Assembly (NCBI RefSeq): GCF_028641065.1
Contig: NC_073381.1
Location: forward strand, 56,296,001-56,360,000
Length of the DNA: 64,000 nt
Origin: Leucoraja erinacea
Taxonomy: Eukaryota
Reading direction: 5' to 3'
Position 1 is the stretch's first letter; each line of letters opens with the position of its first letter. Shown piece after piece: positions 24,051-36,227 of the stretch. The position numbers and the translations under genes were made by a program. The notes below the pieces were generated by a model. That model did not search any database. It saw only the letters and a list, made by a program, of their open reading frames with translations, and was not told the origin of the DNA.

Positions 24051-27000
24051 ATGCACCAAAGGCTTCACCACCACCAAAAAGGTTCTAACTGGAAAGTCCT
24101 GACATCTCAATCAATCATCAATCAAGTTGCTAGTTGTTATGGGATTCCTTTAAACAAGAGGTAGTGTGGATTCATCCTGTTGTTAAATGCCAGACTTTTA
24201 ATTGCCTGATTAACACAAGATATTAGTGGATTTGCTGCTGGCCAATTTATCAAGATTGGTGACAGATGAGCATTGCACAGGATTGTATATTTAATTAGAC
24301 AAATGCATGGGTACAAAGTGTATGCTTGCCATGCACAATCAAAGGTGAAAACAAATGTCCACCCACAGTGTGGAAGAGAAACAATGATTCATGGTCCAAT
24401 TTACTCCCTGCAATGTTTTGTTGCATTGAAGATTGGAGATCAAGTCATCTGCGGTACCAATTTTATGTCATCTCAAGATCAGGAGTCAGCAATGTTGAAT
24501 AAGCCAACGTGGACTGAAAGCTGAGCAGTGCAAACGTTACTCTGGACTTTTCAACCCTTGGTGTGTTTTGCTTCATTGAACAGTGGATAAGTCCGAGCTA
24601 CAGAATCAGAGGCAGACGCTGTCACCAAATTTATTTGTAACTTGCACTGCACTTTATTTAGCAAGCTGTACATTGGACTTTTTAAATACAATGGCAAAGA
24701 ATTTGCAGTCAGTGGCGAACTGAAGGTGCTTGCCACTGACATTATGAAGAACTCTCCACCATGATCTAGTGATCTCTGTGGTAAGAAGTTTACTTTCTGG
24801 TCCCCATTGTTGTCTGAACAAGTAATCACATGGAAGAATTCTCACTTGGCAGCAGTTTTTAATTAACTTTATTTAATGCTCTGTATAATGTTTAAACAGA
24901 CATACATGATTAAAGAGCTGGAACATCATAAATAAACTTATCTTTCAATCCCTTATCTTTGAAATATTCATGTAAGGAAATTAGGATACATATCCACAAA
25001 ATTAATTTGTTTTTCAAACTAGATAGTTTCCAAGGCATTCATTATGTCTTGGAACACGAAGGCAAGCTTATTTACATGAGGCCTAAGTTAACGTTGCATA
25101 AATTCAATCAGTTCAAGTGATTTCCTGAAAGTTCCTTCAAGCAAACTTGTTTTTGTTGAAGTCGGGCTGAGTATAATTATTTATGTGTCCCAACACAACC
25201 AACTCAAAAAGGACAGTTAAGAGAGATGACATAAAGTGCATTCGTTAATTTTATGATATGTGTACATCATGAACAGGTACGCACTTATGGCCATCTTTAA
25301 TCAAAATTACCATTATGAACAACTGTCATTATTCTGGTGTAGGAGTTTTAACAGTGTGTTGAGTAGGGAATGCCAGGATTGAGATCCAGTGTCAATAGTG
25401 ATACATTTTCAAGTTAGGTTAGTGTGTGGCTTGGAGAGGAATCTGTAAGCGGTGGTATTCCCAAGCACCATCAAGTAGGTAGAAGCCACAGGTTTGAAAG
25501 GTGCTGTTGGAAGAAGGTGAGATTGTAATTGATTTTGGAGGTAGCGCACACGGCAAGCATGATATGACAGTGGTGGAAGGAAGGAATCGTGAAGATAGTG
25601 GCAAGTTAAACAGTCTTGTGTTGTTGGAGCGGCACCCATTCAGGAATCTGGACAACATTTGAATATGCATTGTGCTTATAAGTTGTGCATTGTAGCTAAT
25701 AGAAAGATCATGGTTTAATTTAGTTTATTGTCATGTGTACCAAAGTGCAGTAAAAAGCTTTTGTTGCGTTCAAACCAGTCAGCAGAAGGACAATACATGA
25801 TTACAATCAAGCCATCCACAGTATACAGATACAAAGGGAATAACATGAATAATGTTTAGTGCAAGATAAAGTCCAGTAAAGTCCAATCAAAGATAGTCTG
25901 AGGGTCTCCAATGATGTAGATAATAAGGACTGTTCTTTAATTGTTGGTAGGATGGTTCAGTTGCCTGATAACAGCGGGGAAGAAACTGTCCCTGAATCTG
26001 GAGGTGTGATGAGTGTGTTAGAAGGCGAGTCAGTAACAGCAAGATATCCAGTCTCTGACTAGCTCTTGCAGTCATGGTATTTACATGAAGAGTTCATTGA
26101 GTTTTTGATCAGGGTAATGACCTCCATGATGTACATGATGAGATCCTGACAATGGTAATGCCTTGAGTATCACGGGTAAGTAGTTACATCCTCTCTTCCT
26201 TTCATGTTGGAAGTAATCATTTCATTACATTAACATGGCACAGATGCTACTTTCCATTTGACAACCCATGCTTGAAAGGTGTTGGCATATTGTTAAATGC
26301 AGACATGAGCTTCTTCAGTAAGTCAGACATTGTGAATAGAATTGAACACTTTGTAATCATCAGCAAAAATCCTCTCTAGTGATTTGATGATGGAAATAAG
26401 TTAATTGACGAAGCTGCAAAATATTTTTGGGTTTAAGGAAGTCCTGCAATGATGAAAGGGTGGAAAATTAATATCTCTTTCTGTTGTATGCAGCTTTAGC
26501 AAATTAGTGCACTATGCTTAGTCCTCAGTTGCAGCTCATTTTTAAGTACACCCGCTGCTGCTCATTTGTGCTCCTCATTGAACCAGGCTGAATCACCTGG
26601 CTTAATAGTAATGATAGAACGAGGGATATCTTAGGCAATGGGGTTGGAGATCATGGTGAAATAGTCCTGTTGCTGTGGACGGCCCACACTGCTTCGAGGA
26701 TGTTAAGTTTTGGATCTGTTCTGCATTGATCCCAATTAACATAATGGTATTGCCATGATGTGTATTCACAACATGAAGGCAGGTCTTCCTTTTCACAAAA
26801 TGTATATGTTGGTCACATTACCAGTGTTGATACAGACAGATGCAAGGGATTTTGGTGAGGATGAAAGCATGCAGAAGTAGCCATGAGTTAGTTCACTCAC
26901 CATTTCCCACCAACTGGTCTTCAGTACTTTCTCAGAGGTGGTAATACCAAACCATTCCCGATGTTGGACTTTGATATTGTTTGTAGATTTATCAGAGGAT

Positions 27001-28437
27001 AGTCTCAATTCTTGAAAATAATACCAGAATTTTATGGAGCAGATAAAGACCAAAAGATAAGATGCCGGTTAGATTTACCTGTATCAGGAAAATCAGGGAC
27101 CAAGAATACTGCTTACAAGTGTTAGTTGTATTAACACACAAATGCCAATGTTGTGTTTGATCATATGCCTATGTAACAGCGAATGAATGAGAAGAACAAA
27201 GGGGCATTGGTATTGGTTACAGATTGTCGTGTGCTTGAAGGAAATGATCAGTTTCTCTCTGACGTGATCTGTGTAACCTCTTGTTCCCGGCTTTCAAATA
27301 AAGAAAGAAAGATTTACTTCTTCCTCTGTGGCTTGTTGCCACGTGTTGGGTACACTCTTTCTACAAGCAGAGAAGTCGGTGTGATATGTTGTAAACAAAC
27401 AACTCTTGTGCTTCGTCTTTGCATTTGCGAGTGAGCAGCTGGATTTTACTAGAATCCACACATGCAGGTTAAAACTATTTCATGCACTTATTGTCTATCT
27501 AATTTGTTTTGAGAACTGCTGGGTACTTTGACTGTGGAAATTCTTTCAATGTCAAATCTCAACCACATATAATCTGGATTCTCCATTATAGTTCAAGTGG
27601 AGGAATTTCCTTCATTGCAGAATAGAGCAAGACAAGGGCCCCAGTGCTCTGTGTTGTCTCCTTTTAAAACACTGCAGCAAGTCAACACTGAGACTGATGG
27701 CCTTTTATTTCAAATATACTTTATAGCCTTGCCCAGCACAAGTCAGCAACCTCCTCCAGTTCCTACCCCTAAATGTATCAAAGACACTTTACTGCACCTG
27801 ATGAGATCTTATACTTCGCAAAAATGTTATTTTTCCCTCCACTGCTGGCTATGGATCCATTTGTCCTACCCCGAGGCTCTGGAATTCCTGCAATAAATCA
27901 TTCCACCTCCCTCCATTTCTTTTTTGGTAAAATCATTGAACCTGTTGGTCCAGAAATTCTATTGTGTTGAATGTGCAATTTAGGCTTGCAATTTCTTTCC
28001 ATATCCTTGCACATCTAATCTAATAACTCATAGGAGCACATGCTATTGGACAGGCTAGATGCAGGAAGATGTTCCCGATTAGGGAAGTCCAGGACAAGGG
28101 GTTACAGCTTTCCATGTCCTTGCACATCTAATCTAATAACTCCTAGGAGCACATGCATTGTAGCATTCAGTAAAATGTCATTTTCGATGATTTTGGTTCA
28201 TGGCATAGGCCATTTGCAAAGAAGAAAGCTTTCACTGCACATGTGAGATTGCTTAGTGCTTAGTTATCGTGATCTTCCTGAGCATGCCCCAAGTTGGTAT
28301 TGGAAACCCATGTCTGGTCAATCTTTTTCACATTGCCACTTGCAAAGACACTCCCTCTGGCTCCCCAACAACTCCTAATCCTCATCCTCTGTTCTCCATG
28401 ACATCTCACCCCATGAATAGTTTACTATAACATGTTG

Positions 28438-28660
28438 ATTTAGTTTGTTTAGTTTAAAGATACAGCCTAGAAACAGGCCCTTTGGCCAACCGAGTCCACT
28501 CCCAACACGCACGTCTTTGGGATGTGGGAGGAAACTGGGACACCCAAAGGTAATCTACGTGGTCACAGGAAGAATATGCAAACCCTACACAGGTAGCCCC
28601 TGAGGTCAGTGTCAAAGCCAGGTCTCTGCAGCTGTGAGGAAGCAGCTCTACCAGTTGCTA
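28438..28660 (-). mobile_element. HE1/V-SINE-like SINE, internally deleted
   Basis: Same tail, core and head blocks as 9965-10292. Confidence 0.75.
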
Positions 28661-29602
28661 CCAGATCTTTGAAAACAACTTCTGTTGGCTCCCCTTGCAT
28701 TGCTGAACGAATGCACCTTTTTCAGATACAAAAACAATCATTAGGCTTAACTCTTGATTAGATTAGTTCACGTCCTGACATATGATGTTAGGTGTCAGGT
28801 TTTCTGTGAGTTTATGCTCCTGTGACATGCCTTGTGCAGGTTGCCACATCAGTGGTCGTTTGCTGAAGTTTTTATAAATTAATTAGAAAAGTCCACCTGT
28901 AACAGAAGACAATGTCAATCCTTAAGTTAATTAAATGAATCAAAGGGTTAAGAATTGCAGCATGGATCTTCTAGGAGAGCAGATTAAATAATAGGAATGG
29001 AAGAATTAAGTAAAGACTATCAAACCAATGATAGCATGTCTGAAGGGAAGAACACTGCAATAAATAGGAAATTAAAAATAAATAAGTACTCAAAGGAAGT
29101 TGGAATTAAAAGAGAATAATATTGAGGTAGAAATGAGAAGCAAAACCCAAAACAAAACATTAAAAAGGATTGAGGTTGCTTTGGACAAGGACAAAGGACA
29201 TTTATTGTCACATACACCAATTGGTGTAGTGAAATTTGAGTTGCTCCACATTAGCAATGTTGAATGTCAGTGTGATCTCTCAGCACTCACACATTGCTGC
29301 TTATTAATGCTGACTTGCACTTGGTGATCCACTTGTTGCCTGTGATACATCCACTGACAACAAAATGAATGGTATCCGCTGCCGAATTGAAAGCTCTGAC
29401 TGATCGCATCAGAATCTCTCCCTTGCAACACTACCCACCCCTGCCACCCAACCCCCACTCTAACAGCATTCAGCTAGCTTTCTGTGGCAAGCCTGATCAG
29501 GCCTAAAACAACACAGTGAATATACAATCAGATTGACCCATGAAAATTTGGTTAGGCCAGATGATTTTAACTCTTGACAACACAGCTCGCAGAACAAACA
29601 CT

Positions 29603-29740
29603 CAGTCTGAAGAAACGGTCTCGACACGAAATGTCACCAATTCCTTCTCTCCAGAGATGCTGCCTGTCCTGCTGAGCTACTCCAGCATTTTTTGTCTATC
29701 TTTGTTGTAAACCTGCAACTGCAGTTCCTTCCTATACAGC
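29603..29740 (+). mobile_element. Penelope-derived terminal repeat with a degenerate hammerhead core
   Basis: cagtctgaagaaacggtctcgacacgaaatgtcacc followed by the shared arm. Confidence 0.7.
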
Positions 29741-30084
29741 TCACTATGTTCCAGATGAAATGCATAGGATTATAATACATACCTATGTGTTTTAGCAATG
29801 TGCAATACCTATATAAATATTACTCATATTGTAATACTATCTTTTAAAATGTATTTAAAAATCATTTAGTGTCTCACATCTTATTCTTTCACTGAATAAG
29901 TTGAGAATGTATTCCAAACATATTTCAGAAAATTTGTAATACCGTGTACTGCTGTGACAAATTAACTAACCATGTCCACAACGGAATAAAACCATTCTAT
30001 CAGCAAACTTAGCAAAATAGTCTCTTGGCTTTGACCCTAAAACAGAGGGAACATCGGGATGGTACATGATGATTTTAACAATAG

Positions 30085-31195
30085 AACTTAAAACATAGAA
30101 AAGCATAGGAACAGGCCCTTTGGCCCACAATGATTGTGCTGAATGGGATGTCAAGATAAACTAATCTCATCTGCCGACACATGATCCATCTCCCTATTCC
30201 CTGCATATCCATGTGCCCAGCTAAAAGCGTCTTAAACACCACTATTATATCTGTACCAATAACTCCCCCCTGTCGGTGTATTCCAGGCACCCACCACCCT
30301 TTGAGTAAACAAACTTGTCTTGCATATCTTCTTTAAATGTTACTCCTTCCACCTTATATCTATGCCCTCTAATCATTGATGTTTGTACTCTGGCGGAAAA
30401 ATGTTCTGATTTTCTAGCCTATCTATCTATGCCTTTCATACTTTTATATACTTCTATCTGGTCTACCCTCAACCTCCGCTGTTGCAGAGAATACAATCCA
30501 AGTGGTCTATCCTCCCATTCTAACTAATAGTCTTTAACCCAGGCATCAGTCTGGTAAATGCTTTCTGCGCTCTGTCCAAAGCCTCTACATCCTTCCTGTA
30601 ATGGGGCGACCAAAACTGTATGCAATGCTCCAAATGCAGCCTCACCAATGTCCTTTAAGGAGCACCATGACATCCTGACCTATACTCAATGCCCTGACCA
30701 ATGAAGGTAAGCGTACCGTACACTTTCTTAATTACTCTATCCACTTGTGTTACACTTTCTGGGAGATATGGACTTGGACGTCAAGATCCCTCTGTATATT
30801 AATGCAGTTAAGGATTTTACCATTAACTGTATACTTTCCCCTTTCATTCAACCTCGCAAAGTGCAACATCTCACACTTGCACAGATTAAACTCCATCTGC
30901 CATTTCTCCACCTATTTCTGTAGCTGATCTATATCCCATTGTATACTTCCTCACAGCCTGCAGCTCCAGCAATCTTGATGATGTCTGCAAACTTACTAAA
31001 CCAATCCATCCACATTTATGTCCGCATCATTTATATACATCACAAATAGCAGAGGTCAAAGAACAGATCACTGCGGAACTCCACTGGTCACTGATATCCA
31101 GCCTGAATAACACCCTTCTCCCAAAACCTCTGTCTTCTATTTGTAAGCCGGTTCTTAATCCATGTGACCAATTCACTGCAAATTCCATGAATCTT
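30085..31195 (-). mobile_element. Decayed CR1 3' portion
   Basis: The minus strand contains a FADIIKIAG-like RT motif, KCEMLHF, VQFWSP and a CR1 tail. Confidence 0.8.
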
Positions 31196-31479
31196 AATAA
31201 TGTTCTTAACATTTATTGGACAGAGCTTAGTTGTGGATGAATGGTCTTTATTGAGCTCTGAACAAAATGTTTGAGCTTGGTTTTGTTTCCATGGCTGAGG
31301 TACCTGAAGGGATAAACAGCAAAGCAAGATGTTGCTGTTGGGGTAGAGGACTTGAACATGTAGAAATGTGATAGGGTGGCAGGGTAAGTCGGGTGTGTGT
31401 GTGCCAGCGAAAAAGGTTCAAATGAACTGGGTTTCTGGCAATTGAAATTTCAGGATAGTGTCTGTTTCAAATGAGTAAT

Positions 31480-31690
31480 TTAGATTAGATTAGATTAGAC
31501 TTTATTAATCCACTTATTCAAGGGAAAATTCAGATGTTCTTGCAGCACACTAATAAAAATACTACATAGTATTCATGAAGAAATTCAACACCAAACATAA
31601 AACATCCCCCCACAGTGATTCCCACTGTGGGGGAAGGCACAAAGTCCAGTCCCCATCCTGTTGTCCACCCAAAGTCGGGCCTATCGAGGA
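31480..31690 (-). mobile_element. Non-autonomous retroposon (copy D, 3' end only)
   Basis: Core aaacatccccccacagtgattcccactgtgggggaaggcacaaagtcc. The tail is AATAAAG(TCTAA)n. Confidence 0.65.
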
Positions 31691-33199
31691 AGTATCTTTA
31701 ATTTTATTCATGGTCCAGAGAAACAGTTTTGAGATGCTTGTTTATCAATGCATTCCACAGCCTGTATGTAGTAAACATTGGGTGCCTTATACATTTTAAA
31801 CTGAATGGAGTTGGCCTATTTACATAGCTGGCAGTCCAACCATTCAAATGATTGGGTGCTTATCAAATTCACAGATAATTTTACACCCAGACTTTGATTT
31901 GTTGCCACTTCTCCCTCTGATCCAGACCAGTTCCTCATGTTGAGGATTTATGTTTTTCTTTTGTTATACTTGGTCTTGTGCTTGGTAATTTTAGGCATTT
32001 TCTTTCTGAATATTTATTGTTAAAACTATTTGTAAGTCATGTTTCACTTGATGCCTTTGATAACCAGGTCACCACTGAACTCTGCTGAATGATTCCACAC
32101 ACAATATTGATTTATTTTCCTTTCTGCATATTGACTGACCTGCATGCGTTTACAGCATTAAAAAAAAAATCAGATCAAAATAATACAAAGTTACTTTTAA
32201 TTGGCTCTCGAAATAAGGGACATCTTATCACCCTCAGTTGTAAAATCTAACGTGAGGTTTAATAGTATATCCATACAGTTTGAGCTTCTTTTTAAACCAT
32301 TAATTGACCAAATATTATTATTGACATGTTTTATTAAAGTTAAGAATTAAGTTGTAAGTTTTGATTCCAAGTGATGGGATATCGCTAATTTCACGTGAGA
32401 ATGGCAAGCAAATACTTTCTTCTGGGATTCTGTTCCTCTTTTCCTTTCTATGGCCTATTGTTTGGCATGGGTAAGAGATGTAAGTAAAGATCCCGTGGTA
32501 AAGTGCTGGAAAATCTCCAGACATATCATTCAAAGAGCACTGCACGCTGACATGGTTGTTAGTGATCAGTTAATGACCCTATGCTTGTTTCAGTGTTAAA
32601 TCACTGTCTCCAGAACACCAAACCACAATCTACACAGAGGGAGATTTTCTTTTATTTTGCAAATGATGCTTCAATAGAAAGCACAATGCTTTAGACAGGT
32701 CGGCGAATGTGCGTACAACTGTTAGTAGCATGCATGACTCTAATTATGCCGCGGCATTTATTGTGAATGAGCCCCAGCTCTTTCTTTTAAACACGTGAGA
32801 GACAGCGTGAATTTCAGCTACGTGCAGGAGCATGTAGAGTCCAATTTAATTTGTCCTTCCTTTAAAATGCTCATTTACTGAATACAGAAGTTGATGCGCA
32901 ATGAGCTAATGAAGCAGCTTGGAGTGTCACATTTTATATATACTATTTCCTTAATTCAATTCAGAATATTAAAGCTGCGATCTTTAGTTTTCTGTACAAA
33001 CAAAGCACAATGTTCAATTTAATTATAAAATTTAATTGAAAATAATGCAAAATTCTGCATTCAACATGATTATTTGTGATAAATTATTATTTCTAAAACA
33101 AAATTGTTCCTGAATGCATGTACGTGTGTTCTGGCCATGTGTGAGCTAATAGAGCTTCTGTTGTGATTATCCTAGACACAAGGCTTTGTACAATAGAAA

Positions 33200-33720
33200 T
33201 AGAAAATAAGAGCTACTAGCCCGTGTTCCAGCATGTTATATATTCATTGTTGATCATCCACTTCAGTACCCTCTTTCTGCCCTCTCTCCAATCATTATAC
33301 CATCAAGAAATATATCTACCTCCTTCTTGAATATATTTAATGATTTAACATCCATTAGGTCATAAGGAAAAGGAATAGAATTAGGCCATTCAGCCCATTG
33401 TCTACGCCATTCATTCATGGCTGATCTATCTCTCCCTCCTAACCCTATTCCCCTGCCTTCTCCCCATAACCTCTGACACCTGTACTAATCAAGAATCTAT
33501 CTATCTATTCCTGCCTTAAAAATATCCACTGACTTGGCCTCCACAGCCTTCTGTGGCAAAGAATTCCACAGATTCACCACCATCTGACTAAAGACATTTC
33601 TCCTCATCTCATCCACTCTTCTCTATTCTGAGAATTCCTCAGGATAAGCACCCTCTGGGTGAAGAACCTGACCATGATTGTAAGTGGCACAGCCCATGTA
33701 CTGAGCTGTAACCCTTGTAC
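33200..33720 (-). mobile_element. Nested CR1 3'-tail fragments
   Basis: Contains ggccattcagccc..., cttggcctccacagccttctgtggcaaagaattccacagattcaccac. Confidence 0.7.
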
Positions 33721-34604
33721 TCATTCTGAGATGCATGTTCTTTCTTTAAACCTGGTACAATTTAGCCGAGAGGGAGTGTGAGTATGGGAGTGCAGTCATT
33801 GATATTTTCAAGGGACGCGGAATACAAGGGTAGATATTTATCTGGCAAGATTAAACACTTATTCAATGGAAGAATCAGATGATCATTTGGGTCACCTCTT
33901 ATTGCGACATCTTGTGTTCTCCTTTTGTGAATTGGCTTTTTTCTGGAACTGAGCTGTTTGGGGAATTTCTACCTCTCTGATGAACTGATTTTTATAGCAA
34001 AGAATGAAAGCATATGATTGAGGAGGGAAATAAAGAATGGACGTGTAATGAAAAGGGAATTTATTATTACGAATATTAATGAATATAGTAAATCCATTTT
34101 TGAGTGAGAAGGTCCAGTCTTCATAAACATATTCTGTGGTTTTGTGAAGTGAGCATCTTTAGCTTGGTTCAAATAGACACTGTAATCCTTCAACAACTCT
34201 TTAAGTAGTGTTCTTCTAATACTTCTGCAATGGTGAGCTTTGTCTGCAAACCCTTGTGGAATTTATTTGGTACAGCCTTTTCCCGTCCAGAGTCAAACAG
34301 CATGGAAACAAACAATTCAGCCCAACACATCCATGCCAACCAAGATGCTCCTCCTAAGCTTGTTGCATTTGTTCACATTTGGATCATATCGTCTTAAACC
34401 TTTCCTATCCATATACTTGACCAAATGTCTTTTAAGTGTTGTCATTGTACCTGCCTCAACTACTTCCTCTGGCATTTTGTTCCATATACACAGCATCCTG
34501 TGTGCAGCGTAATGCATGTCGTGTCGTTACTTGCGAGTGGAGCACCAAGGCAAATTCCTTGTATGTGTACATACTTGGCCAACAAACTTAAACTTATTCA
34601 TTCA

Positions 34605-35495
34605 TTCATCTCACCACTAGTCACATCTTCCCCACCCACTGCTTCCCATTTTCTGTAGAGACTATGCCCTCCACAACTTCTTGCTTCACTCATCCCTTCC
34701 CAACCTAACTGCCCTCTCCCTGGATACTTTCCCCTGCAACCAGAGGAGATGTAAAGGGCCTGTTCCACGAGCATGCGACTGCATGAGGCAGGCGCGACCT
34801 AACATGGTTGCTTGAACCGTATGGCCTCACGGGGCCAGTCCCACTTCGATCGCCGGAGCCGTATGGAGTTGTGCGGGGGTGGGCCCGACATCGCATGGGG
34901 CTCCGAAAAACTGACCCTGTTCAAAATTTCTGCGCGGCAACGGCCTGCCGGCCCGCAGCCGCATTGAGGCCGTACGCACCATCGCGACGGTGTACGCCTA
35001 GCGCAAACTTCCCGCGGACTTCACTCGAACTTCACGTCAACTCGTACGGGATCACTCGACCTCCGCGCAGCCCCCGTTTCCGGTTTGGTCGCGCTTGCCG
35101 CATGCAGGTCGCATGCTCGTGGGACAGCCCCTTAACACCTGTCCTTGCACCTCCTCCCTCACTTTCATCCAGGGACCCTGGCAGCCATTCCAGGTAAAAC
35201 AGAGTTTCACATGTGCCGCCTCTAATCCTCATCTACTGCTCTTTGTGCTCCCAATGTAACCTTTAAATCAGTGGGACCAAGCATAGACTTTGCCCATTTT
35301 GACCTTGGAACACTTGGCATATAGAACTCCTGCTTGGTAACCAGTTAAACTCCCCTTCCCATCCCACTCTCGACCTGACCGACCTGGGCCTCCTCCATTG
35401 CTAGAATAAGACCACATGCAAACAGGAGGAACAGCACCTTATATTCTGCTTGGGTAGCTTAAAATCCAACCGTATGAATATTGACTTCTCTAATT
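34605..35495 (+). mobile_element. Old Penelope-like fragment (linker plus GIY-YIG region) hosting a MITE
   Basis: Homologous to 20575-20845 and 21840-22050 (agtcacatcttccc, ccctgcaacc..ggagatgtaacacctgtcc, ggaacagcacctt). Confidence 0.75.
34755..35132. mobile_element. PIF/Harbinger-type MITE (378 bp)
   Basis: Imperfect TIRs of about 50 bp (AGGGCCTGTTCCACGAGCATGCGAC... / ...GTCGCATGCTCGTGGGACAGCCCCT). TAA is duplicated at 34752-34754 and 35133-35135. Removing the element restores the Penelope sequence agatgtaacacctg. Confidence 0.9.
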
Positions 35496-36227
35496 TTAAC
35501 ACCACCATGGAGGTTATCACTGCTCAGTATCAGCTGTCTTTGACAGGCCAGGCGCTGCACTCTGGGGATCATTGACACTTTAACCATTCTTGCAAACGCT
35601 TCACATGGGAAACCTCTCATGTCCCTGATAGCTGCGGTGCTGCCCTGGAAAATAACTGTCATCAAGACTTCTGCATCACTCAAAAGAACATCATTGCACT
35701 TAGGATGCCTGCTCAGTCTACTGGCTCACAGGAAGGCAAAAACATTCTCCTTGGTTTTCTTTATGTGTGAAGATAAAGCATTTCAATATCTGAATGGGTT
35801 ACTATAGTTTCATAGTTTGGCATTTTCTCTCCCGTCTTTTCACTTTAGCACTCTGTGGTCAAACACAAATCCACACTAATAACATTTTAACCCCTTCTCC
35901 ATGTACAAGTCTAGACAGTGATTCAATCAGAGCTCAGAACTAACCTTGAATACACGCTATTGCTACCTCTCTCACACATACACGCACTTGCATACATATG
36001 CATTCTCACAAATAAAATGTAGAACAGTACAGGACAGGAATGGGCTCTTCAGCTTGCAATATTTGTGCCAAACATGATGCTGTTAAACTGATCTCATCTG
36101 CCTGCACATGTTCCATATCCCTCTATTTCCTGCACTTCCATATGCTATCTAAAAGTGTCTTAAACACCACTATCACATCCGCCTCCTCCACCATCCATGA
36201 CAATGCATTCGCCACCACTTGCCCTGC

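Noticed and set aside
22960-24850. Possible endogenous viral element or host exon suggested by a cluster of medium ORFs
   Set aside because: No viral or cellular motif is recognisable. Parts resolve into a CR1 3' relic (LAVFKAQADQLWDIEQINGYG) and a possible Tx1 relic.
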